From Octopus vulgaris (taxonomy: Eukaryota): a stretch of DNA of 64,000 nucleotides. Both the position numbers and the translations under genes were made by a program. The stretch is taken from assembly GCA_951406725.2 (NCBI GenBank), contig OX597817.1, positions 115,630,001 to 115,694,000 of the forward strand, read 5' to 3'. Shown one piece after another: positions 12,780 through 27,459 of this stretch. Numbering within the stretch: position 1 is the stretch's first letter; each line of letters begins with the position of its first letter. The notes below the pieces were generated by a model. That model did no database searches. It saw only the letters and a list, made by a program, of their open reading frames with translations, and had not been told where the DNA came from.

Positions 12780-13216
12780 AAAGGTTAGAAAATATATATT
12801 TGAGTCAATATGTCTGAAGAATGTTATAATTTTTTTTCCTTACAATGACATAGTTTAGAAGAAATGACCGGTTTCGCGTTCAGCTTTTCAAATTTCTTAC
12901 ATCGTTATGTTTACGTTGAGACGAGTTATCGTTATGTTTATGTTGAGTAGAGTTCTAGATAAGGGGAGGTAATAAGTGATTTCTTCCGGTGTAAGGGAAA
13001 TAATTGTTTAAAATATTTTGCCTTTCCTTTGGAGTGAACTTCTCTGTATAAGTATGTTGGAATGGTTAAGTCTGGGCTTGTACTTTTCAATGAAGAATGT
13101 TTCCTTGTTTAGTCTAATTTGTGTGAGTGTTCCGATAGCACATTGGTAAAATGGAAAGATTAAAAATTGTGGTAGTAGTTGCTTTGCGCATTTCTCAATG
13201 TGCTCACTAAAAGGTA
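12780..13216 (-). mobile_element. Penelope-like element 3' end (GIY-YIG tail plus pseudo-LTR)
   Basis: ORF 13008-13319 contains IPFSEHIEKC...FLIFPFYQ...RLNKETFFIEKYKPRLN, typical of a GIY-YIG endonuclease C-terminus. A hammerhead-like motif lies downstream at 12859-12898. Confidence 0.8.
12859..12898 (-). ncRNA. Degenerate minimal type I hammerhead ribozyme
   Basis: Minus strand reads aagaaat TTGAAAA gc-tgaac-gc GAAAC cg GTC atttctt. Stem I is 7 bp and stem III is palindromic (accggt). The core has two changes from CTGAAGA. Confidence 0.6.
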
Positions 13217-13879
13217 TATATATATATATATATATGCATGTGTATGTGTATGAGTGTGAAAATATGTATAATACCAGTTCATTGCTCAAATTACGTATGA
13301 GCAGAGAAGGACCACACATTTTAGATACACGAAGTTAATATAAGAAGGTTTTAAGGATGATTTCTAAGTGAGAATATTGGGGGCCTGCGTTATTTGGTTC
13401 AACTTACGTGTATTCTACTTCTGCTTTGTAGAATGTCACCAAGTTATTTTTCATATATTTTCTATGTGGTTGAGGAGACAATAAACTGTCTCTCACGACT
13501 CTAACTGCACGTGATAAGTGCTAATTTCTTTCGTATTTTCACCTACCTATGTATGTGTATCTGAGTATGTTTTATGTCTAAGTGAGTGTGGCTGAATATG
13601 GGTGTTTGTATGTCCATGTGTTTTTTCTCTTCGTGTTTATTTTCTGACGTGTCTTCTGCATAACATCCATCGTTAGTTTGTTTAAGTACTTCTACTCTAG
13701 CGGTTCGACAAACGTCAACCGATAGATTATGTAGCATATTCAAAAGGGTTGCTTGGATGAACTGCTTTCTTGTAATCTGATATGCTCTTTGCTCCCTACC
13801 TTCAAGTCTCGCCAGCGTCAATTTTATCTTTCTTCTTTTGAGCTTGATATAAATCAGTCTTATACTAATTGCTTATGAC

Positions 13880-14179
13880 GACGAGGGTTCCAGTTGACCC
13901 GATCAACTGAATAGCCTGCTCGTAAAATTAACCTGAACATTCCATAGACACACGTATCCATAACGTAATTCTCAGGAGATTCAAAGTGACGAGAGTGTTA
14001 CAAGGCCGGCCCTTTGAAATACAGGTCCTACTCATATTTGCAAGCTGAGTGAATTGAAACAACGTAAAATAAAGTCTCTTGCTCAAGGATACAACTCGCC
14101 GCCGGGAATCGAAGTCGCGACCTTATGATCGTGAGCTGAATGAGCCGAATTCCCTAAACACTAAGACACGCGACTCCAC
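13880..14179 (-). mobile_element. tRNA-derived SINE, family C (CORE-like)
   Basis: Reverse complement has a tRNA-like head with B box (ttcgattcc) followed by a CORE-like ccttgagcaag. The head is similar to 55760-55880. Confidence 0.7.
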
Positions 14180-14499
14180 AGTCTTATGCAAAACTCATGA
14201 ACATGCTTCTTTCTTTCCCTTCAATCTGTCTCTCACTCTCTTTCTCTCTATTTTCTCGAAGAAATTGCTGGTTAGACCTTGAAAGGTTTGGGCTCCAACC
14301 AAAGCATACCGTATATTACTGGTAAATTATCCTCTGCTTTATTTTGTAATACTATAATACTTCGTAGAGTGAATAAAATATTTAAGACAGCCTTTTTTGT
14401 ATAAAAGGCAGCAAATTCAAGGGAAATTTATCAAAGTATTGCACCAGGAGCAAAAAACCAGAAAACGCAGTTTAGATTCAAAAGTGACATAACGGCCCA

Positions 14500-14800
14500 T
14501 AAACAATACCATAAAAGGCATATAAAATGTCCATATGTAGGGCGGCATCATATATGAAAAAATTAGAAAAACGGAATAGATGTATCTTGTGGAAACGATG
14601 AGTTTCCAGACAGAAAACCTACATGGATTATATAAATAAATACAGACAGAAAAGATAGTAAAAAAAATAGGAAAGATTCGAACGATGTTAGAGCGATTAT
14701 GTTCACTGCAACAAATTATTAGAGAAGTTTGCTGCAACAGGGTATTAGAAAAGAAAAACAAAATTATAATTATGACTAATGGAAGTTCTAAGTTCATAGA
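14500..14800 (+). mobile_element. Possible very old RTE LINE 3' fragment
   Basis: Weak peptide resemblance to the RTE C-terminal region; many stops. Confidence 0.25.
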
Positions 14801-15001
14801 TATTCAGTCTCACAGTCATACCCACATCCATATATCAAGACAGTAACGTGTTCATAAATATATTAATATATATATGCAATAGGTATACGTTAGTAGTAGT
14901 GTGAAGTGAAGGAAATATAGACAATACCAGCAGCAAAGTATTGAATAATTATGTGTGAGTGTGGGTATATACATATATGTATGTAAATATATATATGTAT
15001 G

Positions 15002-15071
<70 letters not shown>

Positions 15072-15298
15072 GCACACTATCTATATTTATCGATAATTAT
15101 TAAGAGACAAAGGTCTGTATTCTATATTTTATGTTTCCCTTCCGATAATTCATTTATTGTTATTACTCTATTGACATTAGGGAAATTAATTATTTGCTTG
15201 CTGGCTTAGGGATATTCATGTAAGTTTTTGTATGATATTTTCACACAAGCAGATAGATACAATACAATGCAGTCGAGGCACATATATTTGTGTGTGCT

Positions 15299-15339
<41 letters not shown>

Positions 15340-15412
15340 CACAAATCAATAATATTTACTTAGCATGAATATGTATGTGATATGTGTGTGGTGCGAGCGT
15401 GTGTGTGAGTGC

Positions 15413-15456
<44 letters not shown>

Positions 15457-15704
15457 GTATGTTTATAAGTATACATAACCACACCCACGTATATATAAAT
15501 TCATACACCCCACACTTATATATACATACAAACATACACCCACACAATCACAGTCACACACGCACACACGCGCATACACACACAAGAATATATATTTGCT
15601 TCTGTGATCGTGACTGATTCTGTGCACACTTCTGTATAAAATCCTACATATACATAGAAGTATGTTATATCTATAAACGCAGCAACACATAACTATGTAC
15701 AGAT

Positions 15705-15820
<116 letters not shown>

Positions 15821-18093
15821 GTGTGTGTGTGTGTGTGTCTAGATCTATCTATCTATCTATATATATATATATATATACGTATATTGAGAGATAGATATAC
15901 TCATAGATTCATATATATATATTTGCGTGTGTGTCTAAATGTAAATTCATATATGTGTGAATGGTTATGTCTCTGCGTCGGTACATGCAGCTTCTTAATT
16001 AAAAGATAAATTTAGATGTTTAGATATTTCAGGCCAGTATTCAATTTAATAAATAAATGATGAATGACAGAAGATATATATGTATATTGAACCTTATAAT
16101 CTTACAACACAACACGTGTAAATGAGTTGCCAAATTTCACACTTTAATAAGATAACACTGGAGTAAATTAAAATGCACTTCATTCTCTGATTTGTTGCCC
16201 AGCATTGATCTCTAAATAGTTCTACAGATGAACTACGCTGTCCTTTTTATGGGCAGCTCTTTACGCTGGAGAGATAAGAAGGGATAGTTTGATTTCAACG
16301 TTCTTTCATTTGTTACCTTCATAACTTTCTGTTTAAGAACATCAACAGATGCTACTGTCATAAATTTTTGTGTTACTTATAATAATAGCATTCTATATTA
16401 GATTGTATGAATTGATATATAATTTTAGAAACAGACGGACATTAAAGGAGCAAAATGGTTCACTGACTCGCAGTATTTTGTTTCTTTATTTTGTCTTTGC
16501 TTCTATTTCCTATTGAATTTCAATTTGTTTGCCATCTTTCAAGAACTGATCGACCAAATAAGAAAATGTTTTTGTATTTTTTTAAACAGATATTAAATCT
16601 GTTTGAGAAAATCAATGATGAAAGTGGCTACATTGATGATCATCTTATTTTCCTAGCTCTGTTATCTATTGTCTTCTATCCGGTAAAAACAATAGAGCGT
16701 GATTGTGGAGAGATGTGCTGTTAATTCTAGCAGCTACTTAGTATATTATTGGTATTCATATAAAACCTTACTCTGCCGGGCTTTAATAAATACAAATAGT
16801 ATTCGAAGGCAAATTTACATTACTGTGTCAACTCTCTACAAATGTATAGTTTTCCGATTCAATCCTGTTATATGACAAATATTATCGATGGTCTTACATC
16901 CCTAATGCATTTAAATATCTTGATGTACATATTACTTACGTTATGTTCTTGATGATAGGGATGTTTCGCACATTTAATACGTCCCCAAATTGACCGTGTT
17001 TAAAAATATATACTAAAGAAAATTTATATACTAGAAAATATATTCTAAAATCCCTACCATCACCGGATTGATTATGTGATCAGAGGGAGGCTGAAGATGT
17101 TGAACATAAACAATAAGAGACAACTATTTGAAATATACGTTGATTGCAATCTAGCCTGGTAAATTTGGCTACAAAACAGCTTCAGATGATTCCCTAAGAC
17201 CATCATATTCTCCAAGTCCTTTCTATAGGCACTCTCAGGACACCGTCAACACTCAATCAGGAATGTGTCACGTCAGACAAGGTCACAGTGCTGCATATTT
17301 AATGAGACGTGATTTGGAAACATGTATGTTTGATTCACTTCCATTGGTATCCCCCCCCCATCATAACCAACCTGTGGGAAACTGGGCACGGGCTTTCTTT
17401 TGTTTACCCTTTTGTGTTAACATTTCTTACACTTAAAAGAGAAATTGAAAGCAACAGAGTGAACCTGTTGCATTGCAGTAATAGCGTATAAATAAAGAAA
17501 ATTGCTACATCGTTATGCCGTCAAGCGTTGTTAATAAGTGGTGATTTGTATGCCGTTAGAAAATGTGCGAATGATGCAAAATCAGTGTCACTCCAGGGAC
17601 AACATTCAATAATAGCTAACATAAATTTCTTGCATACCCTTCTCAGAATAAGTCACAGTTTGCATAGATCAATGTAGTATATTTTTCCAAAACATACTCC
17701 AAGTTAGCTTTCTGTGCTCAGCTGTGTATAATACTGTCATGCGCATTGGTTTCGTATTACTACTAACCATACTACGTATACGTTTGTATGTCTGTGCATG
17801 TATGTGTTGTGTCTGTGTGAGTAATTCTCCGAGCAATTTTTTAAATAAAGATCCTCTTATCTGTCCATAAGAAGCCTGTGCTCTTCAGTAATGGCATGCC
17901 AACCTTGTAGAAATTGCTATGTATTGATATTTCTCTGGTCCTCATTTGGAGCTAGTCTCAATTGTCATTTGGTAATTGTCGTACATTCTTTGGAGGTAAA
18001 GATAAGTTTAAAAATTTATACAGTGACACGTCGTATTTAACGTATCTCTATTTCTCTATGTTTTATAATATATATACATATTTATACATATAC

Positions 18094-18150
<57 letters not shown>

Positions 18151-18151
<1 letters not shown>

Positions 18152-18367
18152 TCTTTTACCCTTTTACTTGTTTCAGTCATTTGACTGCGGCCATGCTGGG
18201 GCACCGCCTTTAGTCGAGCAAATCGACCCCGGGACTTATTCTTTGTAAGCCCAGTACTTATTATATCGGTCTCTTTTGCCAAACCGCTAGTTGACGGGGA
18301 CGTAAACACACCAGCATCGGTTGTCAAGCAATGCTAGGGGAACAAACACAGACACACAGACACACAG

Positions 18368-18433
<66 letters not shown>

Positions 18434-18598
18434 GACGGGCTTCTTTCAGTTTCCGTCTACCAAATCCACTCACAAGACATTGGTCGGCCCGGGGCTATAG
18501 CAGAAGACACTTGCAGAAGACAGATGCCACCCAGTGGGACTGAACCCGGAACCATGTGGTTGGTTAGCAAGCTACTTACCACACAGCCACTCCTGCGC
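18151..18598 (-). mobile_element. tRNA-derived SINE, family B, with internal (TA)n/(CA)n tract
   Basis: Reverse-complement head gcgcaggagtggctgtgtggtaagtagcttgctaaccaaccacatggttccgggttcagtcccactg (A/B boxes), then body, microsatellite and a ...gaaacaagtaaaagggtaaaagag tail. Homologous copies at 37800, 45460, 54735 and 60860. Confidence 0.9.
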
Positions 18599-18612
18599 TA
18601 TATATAGTGCTA

Positions 18613-18663
<51 letters not shown>

Positions 18664-18726
18664 ACATTTGTATATATATTATACAACATAGAGAGATAGA
18701 GATACTATATATATATATATATATAT

Positions 18727-18758
<32 letters not shown>

Positions 18759-19619
18759 CACTATCTATATATATATACATATATATAGTGATGTGTGTAT
18801 GAATCTATGTACGCCTGTTTATGTCTATCATTCGTAACTATATAAGGGCAAATTATATAAAAGATTCCTATAACAACACGTGTTAAGAATGACACCTCTT
18901 AATAACTTTGTTCGGAATTATTTTAGCTGCATTCCCGTTTCACACTGCCAGATATATGACGAAATTTCTCCGATTTAAACATTGGAAGCTTGTAACAAAT
19001 CACTCTATGCTCACAAATTAACACATATTAAGGAAATAATATATTGTAGTGGATTTTAACGCCTATTTTTAAGAGAGTTGAATTGAGATTCGGATAAATC
19101 TATTATTGCAAATATTAAGAACTTGTTTCTAATATGAGCTTGGGTGAATTTTCTGAGCGAGTATCAAATATTGATTTTGAAACTATTGGTGCATTTCGGT
19201 TCGTATTCCAGTTTCTATGTCCAAAATATGTTTTTTATACTTTCCTTTAGAAAGTAGCTGACAAAACAATCAAATATATAGTTGGGCTAACACTTTAATT
19301 AAATTTTATAATATCCATTATCTTGTAATTTTTGAGCTTGAAATACTGCTGTAGTCAAAGGAGAAATGAAGATCAATAAGTATACATTATTGTAATGAAA
19401 AACATTCAGCATTGTTTTATAACAATGTAGCCATCACTTTTAGCTTTTAGTAGGCAAAACGCCGATCACTTGTTCCTTCACAATCAAAGGTTATATTTCC
19501 ATGCTTATAACATGTTTCACACAGACACAAACACACACACATACACACACACACACCATACATTTACAAACACACATACACATAAAGACTTATATGTATG
19601 ATATATATATGTATATATG

Positions 19620-19651
<32 letters not shown>

Positions 19652-19899
19652 TATGCACATATAAGTTCTTTTCAATGCATATATTCATATTCTGTCTTTA
19701 TATATAATGTGTATATATATTTACACATATTCATATAAAAACACACATACACGCACATTAACACACATACTTGTATTTTTACATGTGCATGTACAGTTAA
19801 AGCGGTTGTTCAATGCACGTATTCTTATATGATAATGTATATGTGCATATATCTATACGCTATTGCATTGGCTTTGTGTTCAAGATTAATCTAATATTA

Positions 19900-20291
19900 T
19901 AGCTCATGTTACTTTTTGCTCCAATATACGTTCCACGTTTCCCTTAACTTTTCCTAATTTATTTGTAATTAGCGTTAAGCTATGAAAACATATTCTTTCA
20001 CGACAATGCTTCTGGATACTTATTGCATCCCATCCCTTTAGGTAAAACCTTTTTCAATTCAGTTTTAATGCATTAAAGAATAAGTCAGCTTTAATTGGTG
20101 TTTCATCGCTATTCGACATCAACCCGCGGTGTAATAGGAGTGCAGGCTCCAATGTGGCATTCCATTTTCTTTTAAACCATTGGAATATGATTTCAAAATA
20201 ATGTGTTTGCTATCTCTAACTGTTCAAGATTAGTTTCGGTATTAGTTTTGGCGGCAAGAAATAAAGTTAGATATTTTTTGAACGCACCTCG
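19900..20291 (-). mobile_element. Mariner-type terminal fragment
   Basis: Reverse complement starts TA-CGAGGTGCGTTCAAAAAATATCTAACT, a mariner-like TIR. The partner TIR was not found. Confidence 0.5.
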
Positions 20292-20939
20292 TATAAACAT
20301 ATTTAATACATAACCGGGAATTCGATTATGCTTTCGTGCTAAAACAAAATATATTTTATTGGTTACATGGCTATGGCTTATATGTCTTGACTCTCAAACT
20401 CATTGCTTGGAGTAATTTCTTCTAAGATAATGTTCTGTTAAAACTGCCACCTCTGTCAATAGTTACCATAAACACATAGTAGGGAAAATAAAGCCGTGAT
20501 ATTATGAGATATAAAGTATAGACATTAAGACATTTTAAAAGTTCTTTTGTAAAAGTTCATTTAATATATGTCTACATTTTTCCATAAACATATGTAGCTT
20601 TACCGTTAACAAATATTTTTATCAATCAGTTTGTTTGCGAACACAAACAACATACGCGTGATTATGTTTGTCAGCTCCCAAGGGCAAACTTCGAAATCAC
20701 GGAAAAATAAAACATTTTCTGAAGACGAAAGAACTACATATGATAATTATCTAATTTCTGAAAACGCAAATATGTGTACACAAAATATTACACAAACTCA
20801 TACACACATACACATCTGCAAACATATAACGCTAAGCATACGTACATATGCACGTAAGAATATAAATATTCATAATAATGTATGTAAGTGTAGGTATATG
20901 TGTGTACATATATATATACATATATATACACATATATAG

Positions 20940-20980
<41 letters not shown>

Positions 20981-20991
20981 TATATACATGT

Positions 20992-21068
<77 letters not shown>

Positions 21069-22599
21069 AATATTCTGTTATTATTTTATCTTCTTAAAAG
21101 GATTAAGAAACAAACTTTATTTCATATCTGACTGTTGATCTTTCCCAAAGTTTTGAAAGATGTAATATTTGGATACTTATGTAGATATTTAGATAGAAAG
21201 ATTGTGAGATGCTATGCAATGGAGATGCAATCGAAAAATCATCCACTAATGATGCAATATTATTGCTGTCAGCTATATTTCTTATGTTACTTAATAGCAA
21301 TAATTGACTCATGTTTCTATTCCAACTGTAATCAAGAAATTGTAAATTTCTGTGTCGGTTTTCAGCTATCGACGCCAGATAGCTGAAAAAGCAATATGTA
21401 ATTTGCTTCGATTTCTTTGAAGAATTACGACTTTAAAAATAGCAAATGTAATTTGTAGAATTACATTCTGGATTCTTCAACATTTTTGATAGGAGATATT
21501 TACCGTTGAGTTATCACATCAGTTATGAATGAATGTAATGGTATTAAAATAGGAATGTTACTTTATTTAATATTTGCGAATATCCAATTTGAAGACCGTT
21601 GTGTAAGTAGGCACTCACTAAATATATACCGTATTCTGTTACATTGTTCGGGATTTAGAATTCAAACTCTACAATTGTCGGCTGTTCTTTCTCCCTCCGC
21701 CAGTTCTCCTCCGGGAGTCGATGTCATAAAAATCAATATAACAGAATACACTCAATCATTTAGGCGATATCAATGTATCCAAAACAAGCGAATTTGTATA
21801 CATGATATCCATTGCTTTCCTGAAAAACCCTATATCTTAAAATAATTAGAATGATTCCAAATGGAAGCGGAAACGTAGTTGCCTCAACTAAATAAGGACG
21901 CAACATGCATTTAATACCTTGGTGTTTTATGCTAAATGACCATATATCTAACTACCAGCATTCTTTGAATGAATATTTTTTTGCCGTCCAGTATGCCCTA
22001 ATTAACTACATCTAATGTCAAAGGATTACATCACTCAATGTTTTCCATCTATGATATATGGTTGATATTTTTAGCAAGGAAATTTCTTGTCAGATCATAG
22101 AGCAGTTTGTAAAATATGATGGTGAATTTATATTAATTAACTTCTTTATCTTCGATTATTAACATTTGAACTAACAATATTGAATGGCTAGCAAAATATT
22201 ATTCCAATTAAACATTCGGTATAATGTGGTTTAAATAAGTTTATTGATATTTGATCGCATTAATATATCGTGTTGGTTTATCACCTACATTTGTTTGGCA
22301 TTGTGTGCCATGTTATCAGTAATTCCTCTTCAACGTACACGAATTGCTAAATCTAAATAGGTATCATTACAAAGTAAACTTCATCAATGCAAGCAGAAGG
22401 TGCATCTATTATTCTTCGTTTGTTTATAGATAATTGGATCAATACTTCCCATGTATTTATAATTTAACGTGTAGGGAGGATAAGAGAATTAGAAGGAATC
22501 CTGAATAATGAGACTGTGCAAATGCCTCCTGCACTAGTGCCAATTCCGTTAAAAGTATCTAGTGCTACACAATGGTGTTGAACTGGGTGAGATATTAAG

Positions 22600-22810
22600 T
22601 CTGTCATGAATATAGTCCACGGCGAGATTTGAACTTAGAGCCAATGGGACGAAACATATAACGTAAGGCGTCTCTCTTTGTTCTCTATTCTCGACAAGAA
22701 CTTTATTTATCGATTCCAGAACGTTGACAGGCAAAGTTGACCTTTGTGCCAGAATAAATGCTGCAATGCATTTAATCCGACATTCAAGTCACTCATCCAA
22801 TTCATCACTT
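22600..22810 (-). mobile_element. Decayed SINE family A fragments
   Basis: ggcgagatttgaacttagagc and tttatcgattccagaacgttgacaggcaaagttgacc match the family A body. Confidence 0.5.
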
Positions 22811-25469
22811 ACAGCATGGAGAGAGATTTGTACTGATTTCATGTAGGTATTATGCATAGTGATTTCCAAGTAGCTGTGCTTATGAGTATTATCACGTATA
22901 TCACAGAATCTCAGTAGGTCGTTACTTGTAACATATGCTGTATTCTGTTAAAGCTTAAAGTTAATCTAAAAGGCTTTTCCCTTAATATGTGTATATAACA
23001 TACTACTAACGTGTGGTACAATCCCTGCTCACAACTGCCTCATTTGTACATGTATAATCTATATTTACAACGATAGAATTATATAGTTTTTATTAGTCAC
23101 ATTTACTTAGAATTGAGTATGAAGTCAAGTTCCTACGTTCAGTCAACCAGAAATATAATTCTCTGATCCTCAATATAAATATTTTAATACAACTTTGCGC
23201 TACCTATACTATTTTAACGTTAGCCAAATTTTATCTGTTCTTTGATTGCAATATATTCTAAATGCAAACCATGGCATTGTATTTAAGATAAGATTTCATT
23301 CTCTACATTAGGATTATTAAGCTATCTCCATCACTTTTAGAATCAGTCAAATTAAAATACAAATATCTCGAAATGTCTTTCAGATTTTATTGCTCATGCG
23401 CAAGACGGTTTTATATCAAATCCTCAGGTCTCTCTAGACATGTAGTACAAAGTACCAGACATTTGATTGGTCGTAAACCCTTGAGAATAAGGCATAGATT
23501 CCAAGGATAAGAGATATCATTATTTTTTATGTATGACTACGTGCAGTTAAAATAATTTAGATTTGAAATGTCCATTTTATTGTCTTTGTCCTGTATATAT
23601 TATTTTAGAATATGCACATCTAGATTGTTTGAGGTAAACGAAGTTAGAAATTTTAAAAATGTCTGTGTATTTTGTAAAAATCGACCTAATTTACAATTCC
23701 TCACGTTTATATCGACCGACACCAAAGATTTTATACAATATTAATTACGTTCTAGCCGATAACGTTTAATACGAGGTGTCAGTTTCCAATGAGCTGCATC
23801 TGATACTAGATTCTGAGTTGAGGTTGTGAGCATTTCAGTTCATACAGTTTGAAGAGATATGAACATTCAAAATTGTAACTCTTTATTCGTGTCACTGATT
23901 CTAGTTGAAATAGAAATAACTCATATCAAATGACAATCGAAGTACTTTCTACTCCAGAACATAAGCCTTGACTTTCATTGTAACATAAAAATCATTTCTT
24001 TTCTCGGTTTCCATAAATATAGTCGTTTTGTGTCATCATTTCAGAAAAATGAAAATATGAGGGCAATATATTTAATATGCAAAGGATTTTAAAAAATGTA
24101 TACGCAGTACTAGTGTTTTATGTGTAGCCTCCATAATCTTGGCACTATGCTAATGCGCAAGATATAGATGTACAAAATGATAAACTTTATCAAACCTCTC
24201 AATACATTATATGTTAAAAACATATAGAGGAAACAGAAAAGCAAAAATTTGCTCTTTATAAAATAAAAGCAATCCACGTAAGATAATTTATATTAAGTCA
24301 CTATGTTATATTTGATGAAAGGATAAAAGAATGTCTATGCAGTATCTTCAAGACGATAGTATAAATTTTACAAAATATATGCCAAAATCAAAATTGCTAG
24401 ACAAATGCTAACGAAAGAAGTGATAAATGATGTAAAATCTTACACGAGAAACGTTTTAATTTGGTTTAATTAATTTCAGTGATAACTAGGCTTGATAACA
24501 GATAAAATATGTCTCAAAAACCGTTGCCCAAATAATTGAATTAACAAGTTCTCTAATGACGGCAGTTTTCGGATGATGGCATATTTTCTAATTAAAATTT
24601 ATTACTAATTGAGAAATATTATCCTTATCTGCAATGCATATCTGTTATAATTAATGAGACGAGACCAATACGAAAACATTTTTACGTAACTTTCAACGAC
24701 TCTTTCAATAAACACATTTGTTAAAGTAGGAAGGTAGTGGGTGTAAAAGAATGTTTCTAAATACGTTTATGAAATAAGCTCCAGGAGGTTTGCCGGATAA
24801 CTGAATTTTCTGGATATCTGAGGATAACCTTTAAAAATTACGATAGCACCTTATAAAACTCATGAAAACTATCTCTATACATCAATAATGTTATTAATAT
24901 TTTCAATAGAGCTGAAATGAAAGAAATAGAAATAAAAAACATAATTTAAGTAAAGAACAAGCTTTATCAATATACTAAAGTAAAGGTACTCTGAATGCAA
25001 TACATTAGAATAAATGTAGTTTGAAAACACATCTATGCATTCTAGAGAGATTTGAAACATTTTTAATGAGTATTACTTAACACAAGTGAGCAAAGACTCT
25101 TGATTATACATAACAACACACTTTCTTCTATTTTCTGAGTACTTGTTGTTTGAGTTCTGAATTAGAGGGCAGATACTGTTCTATGTCGATGGAGAACGAA
25201 TTCTTTACACTAATGTAAACAAAATCACCATCAACGAAGTATGTCACACTGAAATCGGTCACTAAATAAAGGTAAATGTAAATAAAATGAAGCTACGATA
25301 TGTCATTAGTGTATGGTAATAAGCTTGCTTCCCCACCATATAGACCTGGGTCCAGTTTGTATATGTGCGTGTGTGTCGGTATGTGTATACGCATATATTT
25401 TGAAGATCAATTCGTAAACCTACAGTTTTCTTACCTTCAGTTCTTAACATCAATGGCCCATGGCCTTTG

Positions 25470-25529
25470 GAGTCTGATGAGGCGTTTGTAAAGCTAAGCT
25501 CTTTATCGATCCAAAACCATTGGTAACTT
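25470..25529 (+). ncRNA. Degenerate minimal hammerhead ribozyme (PLE pseudo-LTR type)
   Basis: gagt CTGATGA gg...taaag...cttta...cc AAAAC cattg GTA actt. Stems I-III can form. The conserved GAAA reads AAAA, consistent with CpG decay. Confidence 0.55.
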
Positions 25530-26911
25530 TATTACCGGACGTATATTTAACTTCATATACACACTTGTCTGTACAGTATTCTCGGTAGAAATTTCTCTCC
25601 ATAGACAATATATGTAAAAATTCATTGTATGACTGAACAATGGCTTCAGCACAGCAACGACCCAGGACACCATTTTGGCTTAATGTTCCCTCTGAGAGGG
25701 CGCCGTTGGCAACCAACTTTTAAAAGAAGAAATGTATTCCCTCTTATTGCTTCTCACACAGGCCGATATCATGCGTCTTATATTAACTAACAGACCTCAC
25801 ATATAGCTTCTATCGAATCCTGTCAACAGCTGATCAAGGAAGACGGCAACAATCATTTTCTTTTGGAAGGAAAATATATTCTTCCAATGGATTTCGATTG
25901 ATTGAACTATAAGAACAGAAATGACTTTTGTATTTGCGTTAGCACATATTTGGATGTAAATTCTGCATTGTAGGAACTACTTACGTTAATAATTATCCCT
26001 TAAGAGGGATTCTATTCATATTCTGCAGCAATTACATTTGGTTACTTGAATATAATTATGTGGTTGTTTCACCGTTTATAATAGTTATGAGTGGGAATTG
26101 CTTTCTTATTAGGATTAAGGTATTTCCGATGCTAATCGATTCATCTTATAATGTACGATGCACAATTACAATTGGATTCAAGAAATATAACTGAATGTGA
26201 GAAGTGTACGAATAGACAAAATTGGATTTTGCAGATTTGGAGAGTTTAGTCTTTATTGTAATAAGAACGTTACTTGAAACTGAAATGATTAATTTTGCAA
26301 TATTGAATAAATAATTAATACAAATATAAAAGTAAACATTAATATTTAAAATATTTTGCCCTGTGGGTGTTACATGCACAGTTCCTTCTGAACAAAGTTG
26401 ACAAAAGCAATTTTGTCGTATATATAACAGTAATTAAAGTTTCAAATATTACAACTGTGTGAATTGCTTGAAACGCTTTCTTTAGATCTGACGATACACA
26501 AAAAGTGTTTAGAAATATAAAAATTCCGAAACTAGAATAAACCTAGTTTCAATTGCACACCCATACATATTTTGTGAATAACCATAAGGTCACTAACAAA
26601 TTGATTCTTTACTAATGGAAAGTAAATTAGTCTGGATATATTGGTGAATAGTGTTTCAGTTATTCAGGTTCGACATAAGTATATAATGAAAACAAAATAT
26701 AGCTGTGTGTAAATTTGTAGCTGCAATAAATGAACGAAATAAATATATTACAGTAAGCGAGATAAATGAATGTAATAACAAAAGAAAATTAAAATGAATT
26801 TCTACGTTGCTCCATAAACAGAAATTGTTACAATGGCTCACTTGGTGCAGCATGCAAAAATAACGTGAGCAAATTACTGGCGCAACATACGCACACGCGT
26901 ACATACAATTA

Positions 26912-26944
<33 letters not shown>

Positions 26945-27459
26945 ACATACACACACATACTCACATAAACACACTCACTCACACAATCACTCACTAACAC
27001 ACACTTTCATGCATAAATGTAAATTTATATGAAAATGTATCATATGTGTATGTGTGTATCTTATTAACTGCTTATTTTCTATCATCCACCAATCTACCAT
27101 CTACCTAACTACGTATATAAGTTTAAATAGACACACACACGCACACACACACACACGCGCTCAACACATACACATACATAGTTGGTTGTCCAGGTTTTTT
27201 GACTACTACCCTTTGTAAGTAGTTTATAAGTGTGAAACAAGAGGCATATGGGGAGAGATCTTAAAATTATTTTCTTTATCATCCGTCACCATGCTAAAAT
27301 ATCTAACAACCATCGACACTATTGGACCACAATGAGGTACTGAAGTAAGATTTCATAACAGTAATATACATACACACATATACATACATACATACATACA
27401 TACATACATACATACATACATACATACATACATACATACACACACACACATATATGCAA

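Noticed and set aside
16990-17500. GC-richer stretch that may be old coding or TE sequence (likewise 25560-25860 and 57820-58000)
   Set aside because: No motif could be assigned with confidence by eye.
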